DNA of 49,617 nt, filler included, from Bipalium vagum (GCA_037834085.1; 2 parts of 2 records of this genome joined end to end with filler, not necessarily neighbours in it), one strand, 5' to 3'; shown: positions 25,256 to 38,277, counted from the whole stretch's first letter. Notes: generated by a model from the letters alone, not told the origin. Program-made: numbers and translations.

Positions 25256-28200
25256 ATTCTACTCAATATTCCGTGTTACTAACATAATTTGTTTTTTATG
25301 CTTACAGTTGACCTAATACCAACAATTATAAGAATTAATTACTCCACACAGCCTTATTTAACTGTATTTTGGCTATATTTGTTATTAATCAATTAAGAAT
25401 CATTTTTGAATTGTACATTCTCTCACAAAACCCCATTCTTCACTGAGCTCAATATAAAAAAATATATGAGGCTTAACCAGCTTCTCTAAGGGCATTGTAG
25501 TAATTTCTTGAAACCATCCCTACTTCAAGAGCACCTTGTCGAATTGATATTTTGGTTGATTTCTTGAACAAATGATGTTAATGGAATTGTATTACAATAT
25601 AGGAGTATCCATAAAGTTGAGGGGTAGGAAGGAACGGTCATTTAAATGACATGAGATCCAAATTCTCATTTTTGCACAACTTTGCATTCCAGTATTTCTA
25701 TAATACAAAAGAATACATTCCACAAAACCTTAATTTCTAAAGGGAATCATTTACCCTTCCCAAAAAGAAAACATATTACAATCTGTCCAACAATAATATA
25801 AAATAAAATAATAAAATTTCCACGTGTAATCTGCAAAATAAATTTTATTCACCAAATTCAGTCAAGGGGAAAAACTGCTCTGCAGAATTTTCACCCGTTT
25901 TACAGTGTCTCATCAGCCAATATTAAAATGATAAAATATATTAGAAAATACAAATAAAAATAGTCCTGGTTTCTCATTATTTTTTAATGTCACAATAATC
26001 CTTAGTAAACGTTGTGAAAAGAAATTTGGTGTTTACTGAATTTTAAAAGAGAACTTTATTTCAAAAAATAAAATTACAATAAATAATAATATTTGTTTAA
26101 ATCATTTAATTTAATAAATCATCAACATAAATCACAATCAAAAATTCATGCTTAACGGTTATTTATAAATTTCCAGTTCGTTTGAAACAGTTTACTTTTA
26201 TCGTCATTTTAATTATTGATTATATTTTATTTATTCTTTAGCTGATTGGCAGCCAACTAATTTTATTTATTTATATTTTTTATTTTAAAAAAGTTCTCAT
26301 TTGACATCTACTTTAAATTATTTTTGTTTTCCTAATTTTTTGTCAACGTGAAGTCATATCTTACAAAATATTTTAGCTTCAATTAAAAAAGAAAGATTTT
26401 CTTGTTTTAAATAACACGAAATAAACGAAAAATAAAATGACACATTTAAATAATGTAGAAATAACAAAATATTAAATCATGAATCTAAATAGACGTGTTT
26501 TTTGGATTAGAAAGGCAGAGTTCTTAATTTATGTTAGATGTGCATTTTCTTGACAAATTTTGTTTTACTAATTGAAAGGAGTTTTTTGTTATGTTGCATT
26601 GAATTTTCTGAAATTATTTGAAAAGAATCTTGAAAGGAGAATGATAATATTTTTGGATTATTTAATAGACATTTTTAATATACAATTGGATTACTCTGAA
26701 ATAATCATTTTTTAATAAAAATATAAATAAATAACAATATAAATAAATAATCAACGAATTTTCTTAATTATGATATATTTGGAATGTTAATTTATTTTGA
26801 TTAATGTTCTTAATCGAAAGAAATTAAAGCCAGTTTAAAGACAATTTTGCTGATGATATTTGATACGGGTTGTTAAGGATAGCTATTATTGCAGTGTTCA
26901 TTCACTTAAGGGAATAATCCCTTTCTCTGGTAATAATGATACTGCTCTTAAAACAACGTTGGGCATTACCTAAAGTTACTATCAAATATTGAGTTGAATT
27001 CCTTAAGGGTGGCTCACTGGACCTGTAATTACTTTATTAATAAATTTTGAAAATAATTAATTATCATTTTAGTCATTATATAATAATATTATTATTAATA
27101 AAAATAATAATAACAATAATGAAGAATTAGTAATTTAAGAGAAAATATTATTAATTATATGTGAAATAAAAAAATTTTTTATATATGAACAACACTTTGG
27201 TCTTTGAAGAGTAAAAGGAGCATTATGAAAACGTTGTAGATGTGATTTCATTATTATTTCGCAAACATGCATTCAAACAAACAAAGCCTAAATCAAATCA
27301 TTGAAAAATTTTAGACATTTATAATATTTTAAAAAAATTGTCCATGAAAAGTTATCTACAAATAAATATTTAAAGTTTGTTAATGTGAAAATCTGTAAAA
27401 TATTGGTTAAATATGGATCTTAGTAAATTAAATGTTATTTATTTTTACAGAAAAAAAATTAAAGGAAAATTACTCCTAGCTTTATTATGATATACTAATT
27501 CGTACTTCGTTCTGATTCTAGAAACCTCACTATTCTATTAAATAGTAGTCATTTCTGATTGACCAACCACTGCTGTATCACAAGCTCGTAATTTCCAACA
27601 GGGATGTCTTCCCTCTTTTCCCCCCTTCTATCAACTAATTGAGCTCTGGGGGGGGGGTTAATCATTGGTTCAACTTGAATGCATTCGACTGAAAATGACG
27701 TGAAAATCAATTTCCCTTTTATTTCTTTTCATTTATAATAAATTGCTAAGAAACCCCGTAATCCCGGCGTAATCAAATACCAATGAAAAATAAATGTTTG
27801 ATTTTATATTAATGAAACAAATAATTATATTTTTATAATTATTTTATTTTTATATTTATATAATAGTTATTTTTAAATTAACTAAATGGCTAATTTTAAT
27901 TTATATTATTTATTATTATATATGATTATTTTACATGACCATGCAATAAAGATTCCGGGATTATTGGAAATAAATCTTATAAAGTTCTCAAATCCGAAAA
28001 AAAATAAGGGTCATCTTTTTCAAACGATTGAATTGTAATCAATAATCAAGTATATATAATCACGATGAAACTATAAAAGGTTACAAGGATATTTGTCTCA
28101 TCATTTGAAAAAGTTTTGCAATACCCGGTTGTTATCAACGTAACCTATTTGAAAAAAAATTTTGGTCAATCAATTTCTCCATTCTGTTAAGATCATTATT

Positions 28201-28469
28201 ACGATACTCATGATTCCGTATTTATAAAAATCATTGATAAATAATGTTATCCAATCAAAATATCAACGAAAATGTTTTATCAAGATCTAATTTTTTTGAA
28301 ACACATTTCGGTATTAAAATTATATGGTTTTGTAAAAAAAATTTTTTTCGTTCAGTACTCGACATGTCGAAAACCCAAACATTTCCTATTCCTCTCTATT
28401 GGCCAACATATTACATACACTCTTCTTTTTATAAAATATATTTTTATTTTCAAAGAGCAATTATCATTC

Positions 28470-28750
28470 TGTTCTTGCACTCAACACAGCTAGAAAAACA
28501 ACCAATCGGGATTGGCCAAAAAAATAAAATTTGATACGACGCACAAATCAAACAAACACACAAAAATGCAAACCGACAGACCATTTTTTTAGGTCTGTCT
28601 CCTTTTAAAACGATTTCTGGAAACGAAAGACTGCTAATTTCTCCAACTGTCTTATAGCGACATCTCTTTAAAGCAAGGCACAACTATTTGGTTTCCACTA
28701 AAAATTAAATTTGACTCGACAGTCTATGTGTAACTACAATTGTTAGTAAA
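28470..28750 (+). mobile_element. Tc1-like DNA-binding-region relic
   Basis: Weak 'GRPK..' and 'IS.TV.R.L..' patterns with frameshifts. Confidence 0.3.
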
Positions 28751-28752
28751 AA

Positions 28753-29750
28753 GGTACTAATGAATAAAAGATTTTTAGTACCAATATTAAGTAGTATATT
28801 TTCCTAAAAAATGCTTCTTAGAAAAATAATAAAGCCATATTAATTTGTAATTTGAATGTTGCACTAAAATCAAAATTAAAACAAAATTATGAAAATACTT
28901 TAAATTTTAATACAAAAAAGTACAAATATAAAAAAATGTTTTATCTAATTAAAATAAATAAAATTTGCATTAATTAAAATTTTAATCAATTAAATATTCC
29001 TATCAACCGTCTTAGAAACAATTATCCTTTATTTATATTTTAATACTTATATTAATAATTCTAAACAGAAATTCTAACGACGAAAGAAACCAGAGGCGAG
29101 CGACCGAAAAGTATGATGAAAAATATAAATAAAATATAGCTTCAATCGTTATTGGCAAAATATCGTCTCCCGTATTCATTTCCATGTCATTTATACCAAC
29201 CAATTTGTCGATGACAATCTTAATTTCGGTAAATAATCAAACCCTTTCAATCGCTGTGATACAATGTGTACCAATTATTAGATTGTTCTCTCTGACATTG
29301 TTTCTGTATGAACCCATTCATGAAGAGCTCTACCAGTCTCATTATCGCAATGAGAAAATTACTTCCTGACTTGTCCCACCGTTCGCCGTATTTTCATTCA
29401 TCCGAAGACAGTTACATATTTTTCCCTGCTCACTCAATTTCAATTCACTTGTTAATTTCATTTCAACGAAAAATTTATCAAACTTTATCATTAATTTTTT
29501 AATTTGCAATTTTGCAGCCAAAAAATTCAAGACTGGATTTTTTGTTTTAATTTTCAAGCAATGAATATATCCCTCAATTATTTTCCAAAGCCCATTTGTG
29601 ATACAAATTCAACGGTGATAATTATCAATATAATATGACATGAATATCAGCTCCAATCCCACTGTTTCATAATATATGGGTATTTGGATTTTCATTTAAG
29701 TAAAAACGGTTAGAAAAATTTGCGGGATCGTTTTCCAAATGATATTAAAG
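28753..29750 (-). mobile_element. Merlin (IS1016/ISXO2-like) transposon relic
   Basis: With frameshifts, in the expected order: LKLSEQGKI..SDE*KYGER (KIGGPGKIVEIDESKFGKR-like), DNETGRA..E.V, IGTHCIT.D*KG.DYL (PGTxIxSDxWKAY-like), ..TIEA. GGTACTAATGAA TIR-like end at 28753. Confidence 0.55.
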
Positions 29751-29865
29751 AACAAATTAAGAGATTAAAACAAAAACAATTTGATAAATATTTATAATAA
29801 ATGCCTTAAAAAAATAAAAAAAAGGTAAAATTAAAAAACTTTAAAAAAATTTTTGCTATTCATTC

Positions 29866-29935
<70 letters not shown>

Positions 29936-30035
29936 NNNNNNNNNNNNNNNNNNNNNNNNNNNNNNNNNNNNNNNNNNNNTTAATTAATTAANNNNNNNNN
30001 NNNNNNNNNNNNNNNNNNNNNNNNNNNNNNNNNNN

Positions 30036-30097
<62 letters not shown>

Positions 30098-30112
30098 GTT
30101 TATTATTATTAT
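29866..30112. repeat. (TTA)n microsatellite spanning an assembly gap
   Basis: Pure TTA/ATT runs on both sides of the N block. Confidence 0.95.
29936..30035. other. Assembly gap with artificial six-frame-stop linker
   Basis: 44 N + TTAATTAATTAA + 44 N = 100 bp. Confidence 0.95.
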
Positions 30113-30834
30113 ATAAATGATAGGCATTCGCAGATGTTTTAACGAGAATAATGCAGAAATACATTATCCTTAAAATAATAATTCTACAAAAGAAAGAAAA
30201 ATAATTGATTCTGCAAGGCGTGTATGGAATTCGAAGAATTTTCTCCATCAATTTTGCATGAGTCATCAAAGGATTCCAAAAATTAGCATTGGTTTCTATG
30301 ACAAGATCATTACTGCAGAGATTTGAATGATTAACTTGAGAATTTTTAATCAATAAAGATTAAATTCTCTGAATGTGTTTTACTGAATGGAGAAATAAAT
30401 GCAGTTACAATTTCATACTGAAATAAATAATAAAAAGTAATATAATTAAAGCCTCTGCCACGATTATATATGTATTGTCTTTGCATTTATATTATTCCAA
30501 TGTGTAGTTCTTCACATTTTTAACTATAAATAAACAAATTGTATGGGAACAGTCACATATTTAACTCTTATTAAAACTTGAACAAATTCTAATAGAAATG
30601 TCATCTTGGACATAATTTTTTAATTCTTTCTGAAAGATTTTTTATTAATATTTATGAAAATAAATATAATATGTATAAAAAGGTATATATTAATCAGGTA
30701 TGAGCCTGGAAAAATTTCTATAGTGAGTTTTTCCAGATACGAACATTGAAAAAGATTTTCAAAGTACATTTAAGATAGAATCTTTTGATACGTCAAATTA
30801 ACCTGATTTATTTTATATTTTTGTTCATTTATCC

Positions 30835-30875
30835 CATACACCGAATGTTCAAAAATTTAGGAAACAAGAAAATTT
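30835..30875. mobile_element. Isolated Tc1-like TIR remnant
   Basis: TA|CACCGAATGTTCAAAAATTTAGGAAAC. Confidence 0.35.
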
Positions 30876-33439
30876 AGAAATAAATAATTTTTTCATATTT
30901 TATTACTAAAATGATAAAATTATAATTTATTGTGTCCTTGGTAATTTTTGTTCATTATATTTTATCATTCCCGTTTTTGAAAATTATGCAGGAATGATTT
31001 AAGGTTATATATAATAAATATAAATATAAATAAATATTTACTAAAATGCACTGAATAATTTATAATATAAATATTACTAACGAATCGTAACGAATGAAAA
31101 ATAATTAAATCCATTTTTTAATTTTCAAAAATATTATTAATATATTATTAAAATATAATAATAAATATTATTGATTTTCATATTGAAATTTATATTAAAA
31201 ATATATACACTTAAAAAATATCACTTATATGTACAAGTACACTTATAATTATGTAATAGTATTATTAAAATTTAATAATAAAATTTTTAAAAATAAATTA
31301 ATTGGTTATTTTTTGAAAAATGAAACAATTTTCAAACCCCTAAACTATATAATAGAAATGAGAAAAACTGAAAAATATCTTCTAAATCTTTTAACCGTGT
31401 CATTTTGTGAACTATATACGAAGGAAATAGATTTTAACGGAAAAAGGCCTAGGGCTAGATGAAAAATAAAAATTGGTTCAAATATTTTCATTCACAGAAT
31501 TTTCACAGAATATTATTATTTCGGTTCAAGCTAATAAAGAAAATCTAGACTAATAATTGAATAATAACATATGTTTTTATTTGAAATAAAATTTCAGAAA
31601 GCGTTTGACAAAAGAAAGCGAGCCAAACCGATTTTCATTGAACCCCTATTCGGAAATTAATAAAGATTATCTCCTCCAATATACACGAATTCAGTGCAAT
31701 CTCGGCAAATCTTCCCAGAACTTTATGATCAGCTTTCTATTTCTTTAGTAAAAAATATATCATGAAAACCTGAAAATAAATAAAAACTTATAATAGATAA
31801 ATTATTGGTAGATTTTATTATATAAAACACGAAATTCATTTTTTTAGGATAAACTGTAATTTTGCAAAGATAATTATTTTGTAAATGATCCAATCAAAAT
31901 TATAAAAATATGAAAAGATATTGCTATAAAAATTATTTAAAATAATAAATTTTTTCTAAGGAAATTGATTTGAAAATATATTTTATTTAATTAAAATTTA
32001 ATTAAATTTTAATTAAAATACAAAATTCATAATGTGATTAATTAGTTAATTTTCTATTTGATTGATTATTGTGTTTATATAGTAGAATTCGATATTTATA
32101 TCCTTTAAATGGGAAAAAATCATTTTTTTATAACTTTTTTTAAAAAATCAAACTTTATTATTTTATTATTTCTAATTTTATGAATTTTATAATAGGAATT
32201 TAAATTAATTAAAATATTATTTTATTATTAAGAATTAATACATTTTTTTCAAAGGTGTTTTTTAAATCAACCAATTAAATTTTTGACAAATTAATCCCAC
32301 GATCATAATAGTTAAATAATTTAAATTAATAAAATAAAAATTAATTATTCTTCATGATCCAAAAATCCTATTGTAAAGATGGAGAAATGTTATATTTCAT
32401 CTAAATATTATTACAAAATCACTTCATTCATGTGTTAGTAAGTTTCGAGATACTTTATTTTCAAATATCTCCTTTATTGTGGGATCCTTTATAAAACATT
32501 AGTATACTTTTGAAATTTCAAAACAAGATTAAATTTTTCTATAAACCTGTGGATATTTATTGTTTTATAAGGACTTCGCTTATCACCATTCCTATACCAT
32601 CAAGATCTCTCAGGAAAATATAAAAAAAATCATATTTATAAATTATTGATTAATACCTATAATACATTTATTATTATCTTATGCATTTACAAGCTTCAAA
32701 CTTTTCACTAATAATCAAGCTTTCTAAGACTAATATCAATTTTTACTCAACCTTCAAAATTTTGATAAACCTTGATTCAAACTTAAAATAATTCCGTTCC
32801 TTATCAAAAATAACTTTTTGGTTCTCAAGGGATCTCGCTGAAAGTATAGGTCTGGTGCTGAAACATTGCAGGATACAATAAAAAATATTATGGATACAAT
32901 AAAAACTGAAGTCCATAAGGAAAAAATTACAAGCGCTTGAATATATTAATATTTTATCAAATTTGTCCAAGGTGCGTTCAATATTTTAAATGGATAAAAA
33001 CAGGTTCCCCAAAACATTTTGTCAAGTGAATGAAGATTGTGATACCAAACGGAAATATAAATCCAAGATGAAATTAGTTTTCTCTGTATCTCTCAGATAG
33101 AGTGAAATGTATATTGTTTATTTAAATTAAAAATTATCACTCATTAATTAAGTATTTATGGATTGATTTAATCAAACTGGTCTGTTTCACTGTTTTCCCG
33201 TTAAACAAAACAAAGTTTATAAAAGAGTGAAATTATGCTGGGAATATTTTTGCATTTATTAAAATAATGTGTACGCATAAATACATTTTCAATTTAACTT
33301 TCATTATTCCAGACAAACTTCCAGTCCTGAAGAAGATGTATTGATTTTCACTGGAATCGTTTTGCTTATGGTAATTCTGCTTGGTTTTCAAAAATACTCA
33401 AAGATATTTCACAATCGTTATAGATTAAATGTATAAATA

Positions 33440-33690
33440 TTAGGTTTCCAAATATGTTATTGCCGATTTTATTAAATTGACATTTCTTTAAATGAATAAA
33501 TGACATGAATGTGTATTGTTTATCCTTAAAAATTAAAATTGTTTTATTAAATCACTTTAAATAAACCATGTAATTTAATATTCAAAATATCATTAACTCA
33601 CGTGTGAAGTTTTTAGTAATCAAAATGGCGTACAGAAATTCAATCATTCGTTAGTGCTTACTGTATGAATTCAGGTTTGGATCAAATATC
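33440..33690 (+). mobile_element. Mariner 5' fragment
   Basis: TA|TTAGGTTTCCAAATATG TIR; MAYRNSIIR*CLLYEFRFGSN. Confidence 0.75.
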
Positions 33691-34311
33691 ATTAGTATGA
33701 TTCCGGCTTTTTTTAAAAACTTTTTCTTTTTTACCTCTGAAAATGGATTTCACAAATTCTAAGTCACTTTTCAATATCTCTTTCCGTCAATCTATAAGAA
33801 ACCCATTTTTCTAATTTTCTAATCATTTCCAAACTTCTCAAATGTTGGGAAATACAACCTTTGCTCACATTTATCACAATGTACAGTTCGGTTTGCGTTT
33901 GGTATGGGTCTTCGTGTAGTAACTGTGTTAATTCTTCTTTTTTAAATCATTTTTGTGGTTTACCATGGTCTTTGTCTATGATTTCGTAATCTTTATTCCT
34001 GGATGGCAAAAACCATTCTTTGCATGTTGTAGCGGAGGATCATATTTTTCGTAAACTTCTACCCAGAAGCATCGTGTCTCTTAAAAGATTTTCTTTGCAA
34101 AAAGTAATGCAACATTATTTCTCGAACAAAATTGGCCTTTGTGAATTTTTGTATTAATTAAACAATACCTATTTAAGTAAAGTTATGTTTTTATTGAATT
34201 ATTAATATGTGATCTTATAAATAATATGTGATACCAATTAAATTTATTCATTGAATGACTAAGTTTAACTCATTTTTTTAAAACCCGGAATCATAATAAT
34301 ACACTTCATAA
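33690..34311 (-). mobile_element. Internally deleted copy of the 20765-21736 mariner family
   Basis: Visibly alignable with ~21170-21736. TAGTATGATTCCGGCTTTT at ~33693 is the opposite TIR joined straight to mid-transposase. Confidence 0.88.
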
Positions 34312-35199
34312 TATTTTTCTTATTTTCCATTAATTTCATCTAAGTAGATTTCGTTTTCAAAAAAATATAAAATAATACAAAAAAGACTTGTCAAACTACA
34401 GTCTGTAAATCCGAAGATTTATCTTAATTTATTAATTAATCTTTAGAAATTTTAAATAAACGTGAAGAAGGTTGTCTTTTCTTGAAGACTTTACTCAATA
34501 GTCAAAGTATTTGATTAAGGATCAATAAGGTTCATTAAAGATTTACAGGGATCAATGAATCGCTTGCATTAAGTATTTTGACGAGGCACCCAGTTACAGC
34601 CAAAACACGATCAACCACTTGTTTAACTTTTTGTTTCCAGGGAATTCTGATGTCCATTCCCATACTACTGAAAGTTTAGCAGGTATTTTAAAGAGACGCC
34701 TTTGAAAAAAAATTATTCTAGAGGAAATAAATTGGAATTTAATTTGGTGGAGTTCTTATTCAGAAGAATTTTTAAGAATCATCAAGGAAACGAATTATTT
34801 GTGAAAATCGTAGACATTTTAAAAAATCAATAAATCCTGGATGGTTTATTTTGTCTAATTATTTTACCTCATGTTTGTAGTTAGTTTAATTGTATATTTT
34901 AAAAAAAACCCCGTAAGTGAAATATAATCATTTAATTTAAGGTTCAGAAATCAATTTATGTCATCTTTTCAAATCAAAAACCATTCCGAAATAGTTCGAA
35001 AAAAGCAAAAAAAATAATGTGCATCATCAAATATAAAATCCTCTTAGAATTCATTTTTCTAATAGAAGAAATAGCGAGGCAAAAATACCAGATAAATTAA
35101 GATTATAAAGAATAAGATATAAATAAAATATTATTTATATTTTTGCAGTCAAAAGGTTAACCAGAGACTTTATTATTTAAGTACTATTTTAAAATATAC

Positions 35200-35600
35200 A
35201 TTGGGTATTAACATCAGGACGTGTACAGAGGAGGGGTGCTTGGTCCTACCAATCACAGGCACATCTTTAACAATCCATCTATCATTTTGTCGGTTGACTT
35301 TGGCATCCAAACAAAATATCTTTTCATCCGAAAAGAAGCGTATCCGCCCAGAAGCAGAGAACTCCTCTCCAGTCTCTTGATCTTCATATTGTCAGATAGC
35401 ATCTGGTGTAATTTTAATCTATAACTTTTGTATCTGAGATCTTCATGAATTGCTCTTCGGATTGTTGTCGCGCGGTTTTTATATGGTTTTTTTAATCAGT
35501 TTACAGTTTTCCGACTCTTCTCATATATTATAGATTTTTTCAACCAAATAGTAAATATTACGTGACCTTGTTCAAACATTTTCAAGTAAATTATCAACAT
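35200..35600 (-). mobile_element. maT-type transposase fragment
   Basis: TIRRAIHEDLRYKSYRLKLHQMLSDNMKIKRLERS..FSDEKIFCLDAKVNRQNDRWI.KDVPVIGRTKHPSSVHV; same lineage style as 989-1953. Confidence 0.82.
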
Positions 35601-35621
35601 CTCTAAAATTCATATACTGTT

Positions 35622-35848
35622 TGTTAGTTGAAAATTATTCGGAGATACCGGAATTCGAACCCGAGATTCTTCACATGCGCATGAACTGGTCTGACCGCTA
35701 AGCTACATCCTCCGACTAGATTTGAAGTTATCTCACATTCCATCCTTTAAGGCTCATATGCCCTTAATACTTACTTTAATTCCCCTTTCCTTTAATTTTC
35801 ACTTATGAGACCTCGTCCGCTAGTCGGTTTCCTGTTGTGGTCGTCACA
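35622..35848 (-). mobile_element. LTR-like unit (TGTGACG...TAACA) containing the tRNA-like cassette
   Basis: TG...CA termini; shares a 21-nt motif (35794-35814) with the putative LTR at 25006-25025; no TSD found. Confidence 0.4.
35641..35713 (-). tRNA. tRNA-Ala(CGC)-like pseudogene / Pol III cassette
   Basis: GGAGGATGTAGCTTAGCGG...TGCGCAT...GGTTCGAATTCCGGTATCTCC: A and B boxes and acceptor pairing present; D and anticodon stems imperfect. Confidence 0.7.
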
Positions 35849-35899
35849 ATTCCACAACAAAAACCAATGGTTTTTCTCTAATATAATATAATAAAGATT

Positions 35900-35901
<2 letters not shown>

Positions 35902-35928
<27 letters not shown>
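35902..35928. repeat. (TA)n microsatellite
   Basis: Direct reading. Confidence 0.95.
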
Positions 35929-35933
<5 letters not shown>

Positions 35934-37399
35934 TTTATAAAATCTAATATAGACAGAAATTCTTGTCAAATTCATTAAAGGAAAATCATACTAAGATGTG
36001 GTCATTCTGTTTGTGCTAAAATAAACCCACTTATTTCTTCAGCAGATATTTCTTCCTTTTACAGTCTTTATGGATTTATTATAATATTATTTATTAAAAA
36101 TAAAATGAAATGTGATTAGAAAAACTTGTATGAAAAAATAAGATAATTACAGCTGTAGACTGCTTATTCTTCGTCCTAGAAATACGTAACACGAACACAT
36201 GAAGGCATTGATTTTCAATAAGTTATAAATTATCCTATTTCTTTGTATTTCTCTAAAATTAAAATAATTATGGAGTTTCGTTTATTATTTTTACTAAAAC
36301 CACGAACATTTGTTTTCTTTTCGAGATTTATTGTATTTTTATTTTATTATATATTTTGAAGATTGCTATTATATTATATTATGTATTTGTATTACAAAAC
36401 ATAAAACATTATTAGGGATATTCCATTGATTTTATATTTCATTTATGCAGTTTTGTAATCTTTTCTCATTTGAGATTTTTCATTTACATCCCTAGAATTC
36501 TACATTATTAAATTATAAATAAAAAAATAATAAATTCAAATTAAGCAAATATTAATATTATTGTACTTAAAATTAAAATTAAATTAAAATTAAAAACTAA
36601 AAAATAAAAAATCTTAAAGTAATGAATTAAACGTAATCGTAAATTAAAATTTAAATAAATTTTAAAAATAATTTTTAAAAATATTAAAAAATAATAATTT
36701 TTAAAATAAATAAATAATATAATATCATAATTAAGAGAAGTGATTAATTTTTTTAAATATTAAATAAAAAAGTACTTTTTAACTAATCAATTATTTTCAT
36801 TTATTATAATTTTAAGTTAAGTTAATATGAATATTATTGCAGTTATGTATTGTTTTAGCAGTACTTCGTACAGATGTCATAAGACTCTCTATATAAATCT
36901 GAGAATTTTTCACAATTTTTGAATGAAAAATTTAATTATATTAACTTTTTGAAACAACTAACCACTTACATACAATTTCACAAATCTTATTTTTATATAA
37001 AATAAAACTGTTTTAAGACCTGATACTCATTTATTAGACATGTTGTATAGAGAATATCAAATTTAGGATTGATTTGTCTCTAAAAAATCATTATTAGTTA
37101 TTTTTTTATTTATCTCAATAAAACACTGAAAAAATTGTAAATTAATCACAGTTTAAATTTATAAAATTCATTTAAAAAGTTAATAATATTAATTATACAG
37201 CAAATATGTATATCGAAATAATAAAAAAAAATAAAAATTGAATAATGGATTATTGATTTTCAAATTAAAATCTTTTAAGTATTGATATTAATAATAATAC
37301 AGTTTTCAAGAAAAAGAAATTATATTATTTTTTTTCTGGGTTTTCTTTATATATATATAATTACGGGTTGAGAGAAATTGTTGGTTTGTTTTAATTATT

Positions 37400-38180
37400 T
37401 CTCATTATTAACATGAAAATATGCCATTGGTTAATTCCCAGTGCTATTTTCTTTATCCAGATATAGTTTAATGTATTTATACCATATTTCCCTTGATACT
37501 TAACGATTCTTTGATCTGTGTATGTCTTTGATTTCTGCTTTCACCCAAACGGATTTTTTATAATTATTAATATTGAACAATTTTGTTTAGAAAATATTGA
37601 AATTTGTTTAAATTGTCTCTCATAAATATTAAATAATTGAAATAAATCAAAATTTACTGTCAAAATTTTGCACTGTTAAATTGAGAAATTTTTAATGAAA
37701 ATATTTTTTTTGTCTTTAATATTTAATAATCATTATTTATTAAATGTTCTACTTTATGAAGAGAATAAATTTTGTGGAAACAATTTTGCTTTTTGACTGT
37801 CAATTTTTCTATCCATTTTGCTAAATCCTCTCACCATTTTTCGCATATCAAAGTGCATCTAAGATTTAGTGGATTTTTGAGTATGCCATTAGCCGTCTAT
37901 ACAGCTTAGTCCCACAATCAGCTCCTGGATAATTTTCTTCTGTTTTAGTATTATGTTAAAAATGGCATTGCAAATTACATATTAGTTGATGCAGAGTAAT
38001 TATTCTTTTAGATTGCATTATTATATGCGACTGTCTTTTTATTGTAAAATTCCTAAAAAAATGTATGCATATTTTATATGTGAAACGTGACTTAGGCACC
38101 AAAACCTGTACCTATAAAACGTGAAGTGAAGAACAATAATTCTGATGTGACAGTGCCTTATGTTGTCTTCAGTGTTTTGC
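37400..38180 (-). mobile_element. Possible old RTE-like LINE fragment (endonuclease end and linker)
   Basis: YPGADCG (RTE APE-domain 'YPGADCGSDH'-like) near 37910-37932 and downstream KKSVWVKAEIK; otherwise unreadable. Confidence 0.3.
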
Positions 38181-38277
38181 TCCCATAGATATTTTTAAAA
38201 AATAATTGGAATAATATATTTTTGTAAAAAAATGATTTTTTTTTCATTTTTGAAAAATATTTTTAAAAATTATAATA

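Noticed and set aside
29988-30353. 121-aa ORF with poly-Asn
   Set aside because: The poly-N comes from the (TTA)n microsatellite, and the ORF runs into gap Ns and the artificial linker.
31980-32022. Palindromic AT stretch
   Set aside because: Low-complexity TTAATTAAAATT repeats are self-complementary by composition.
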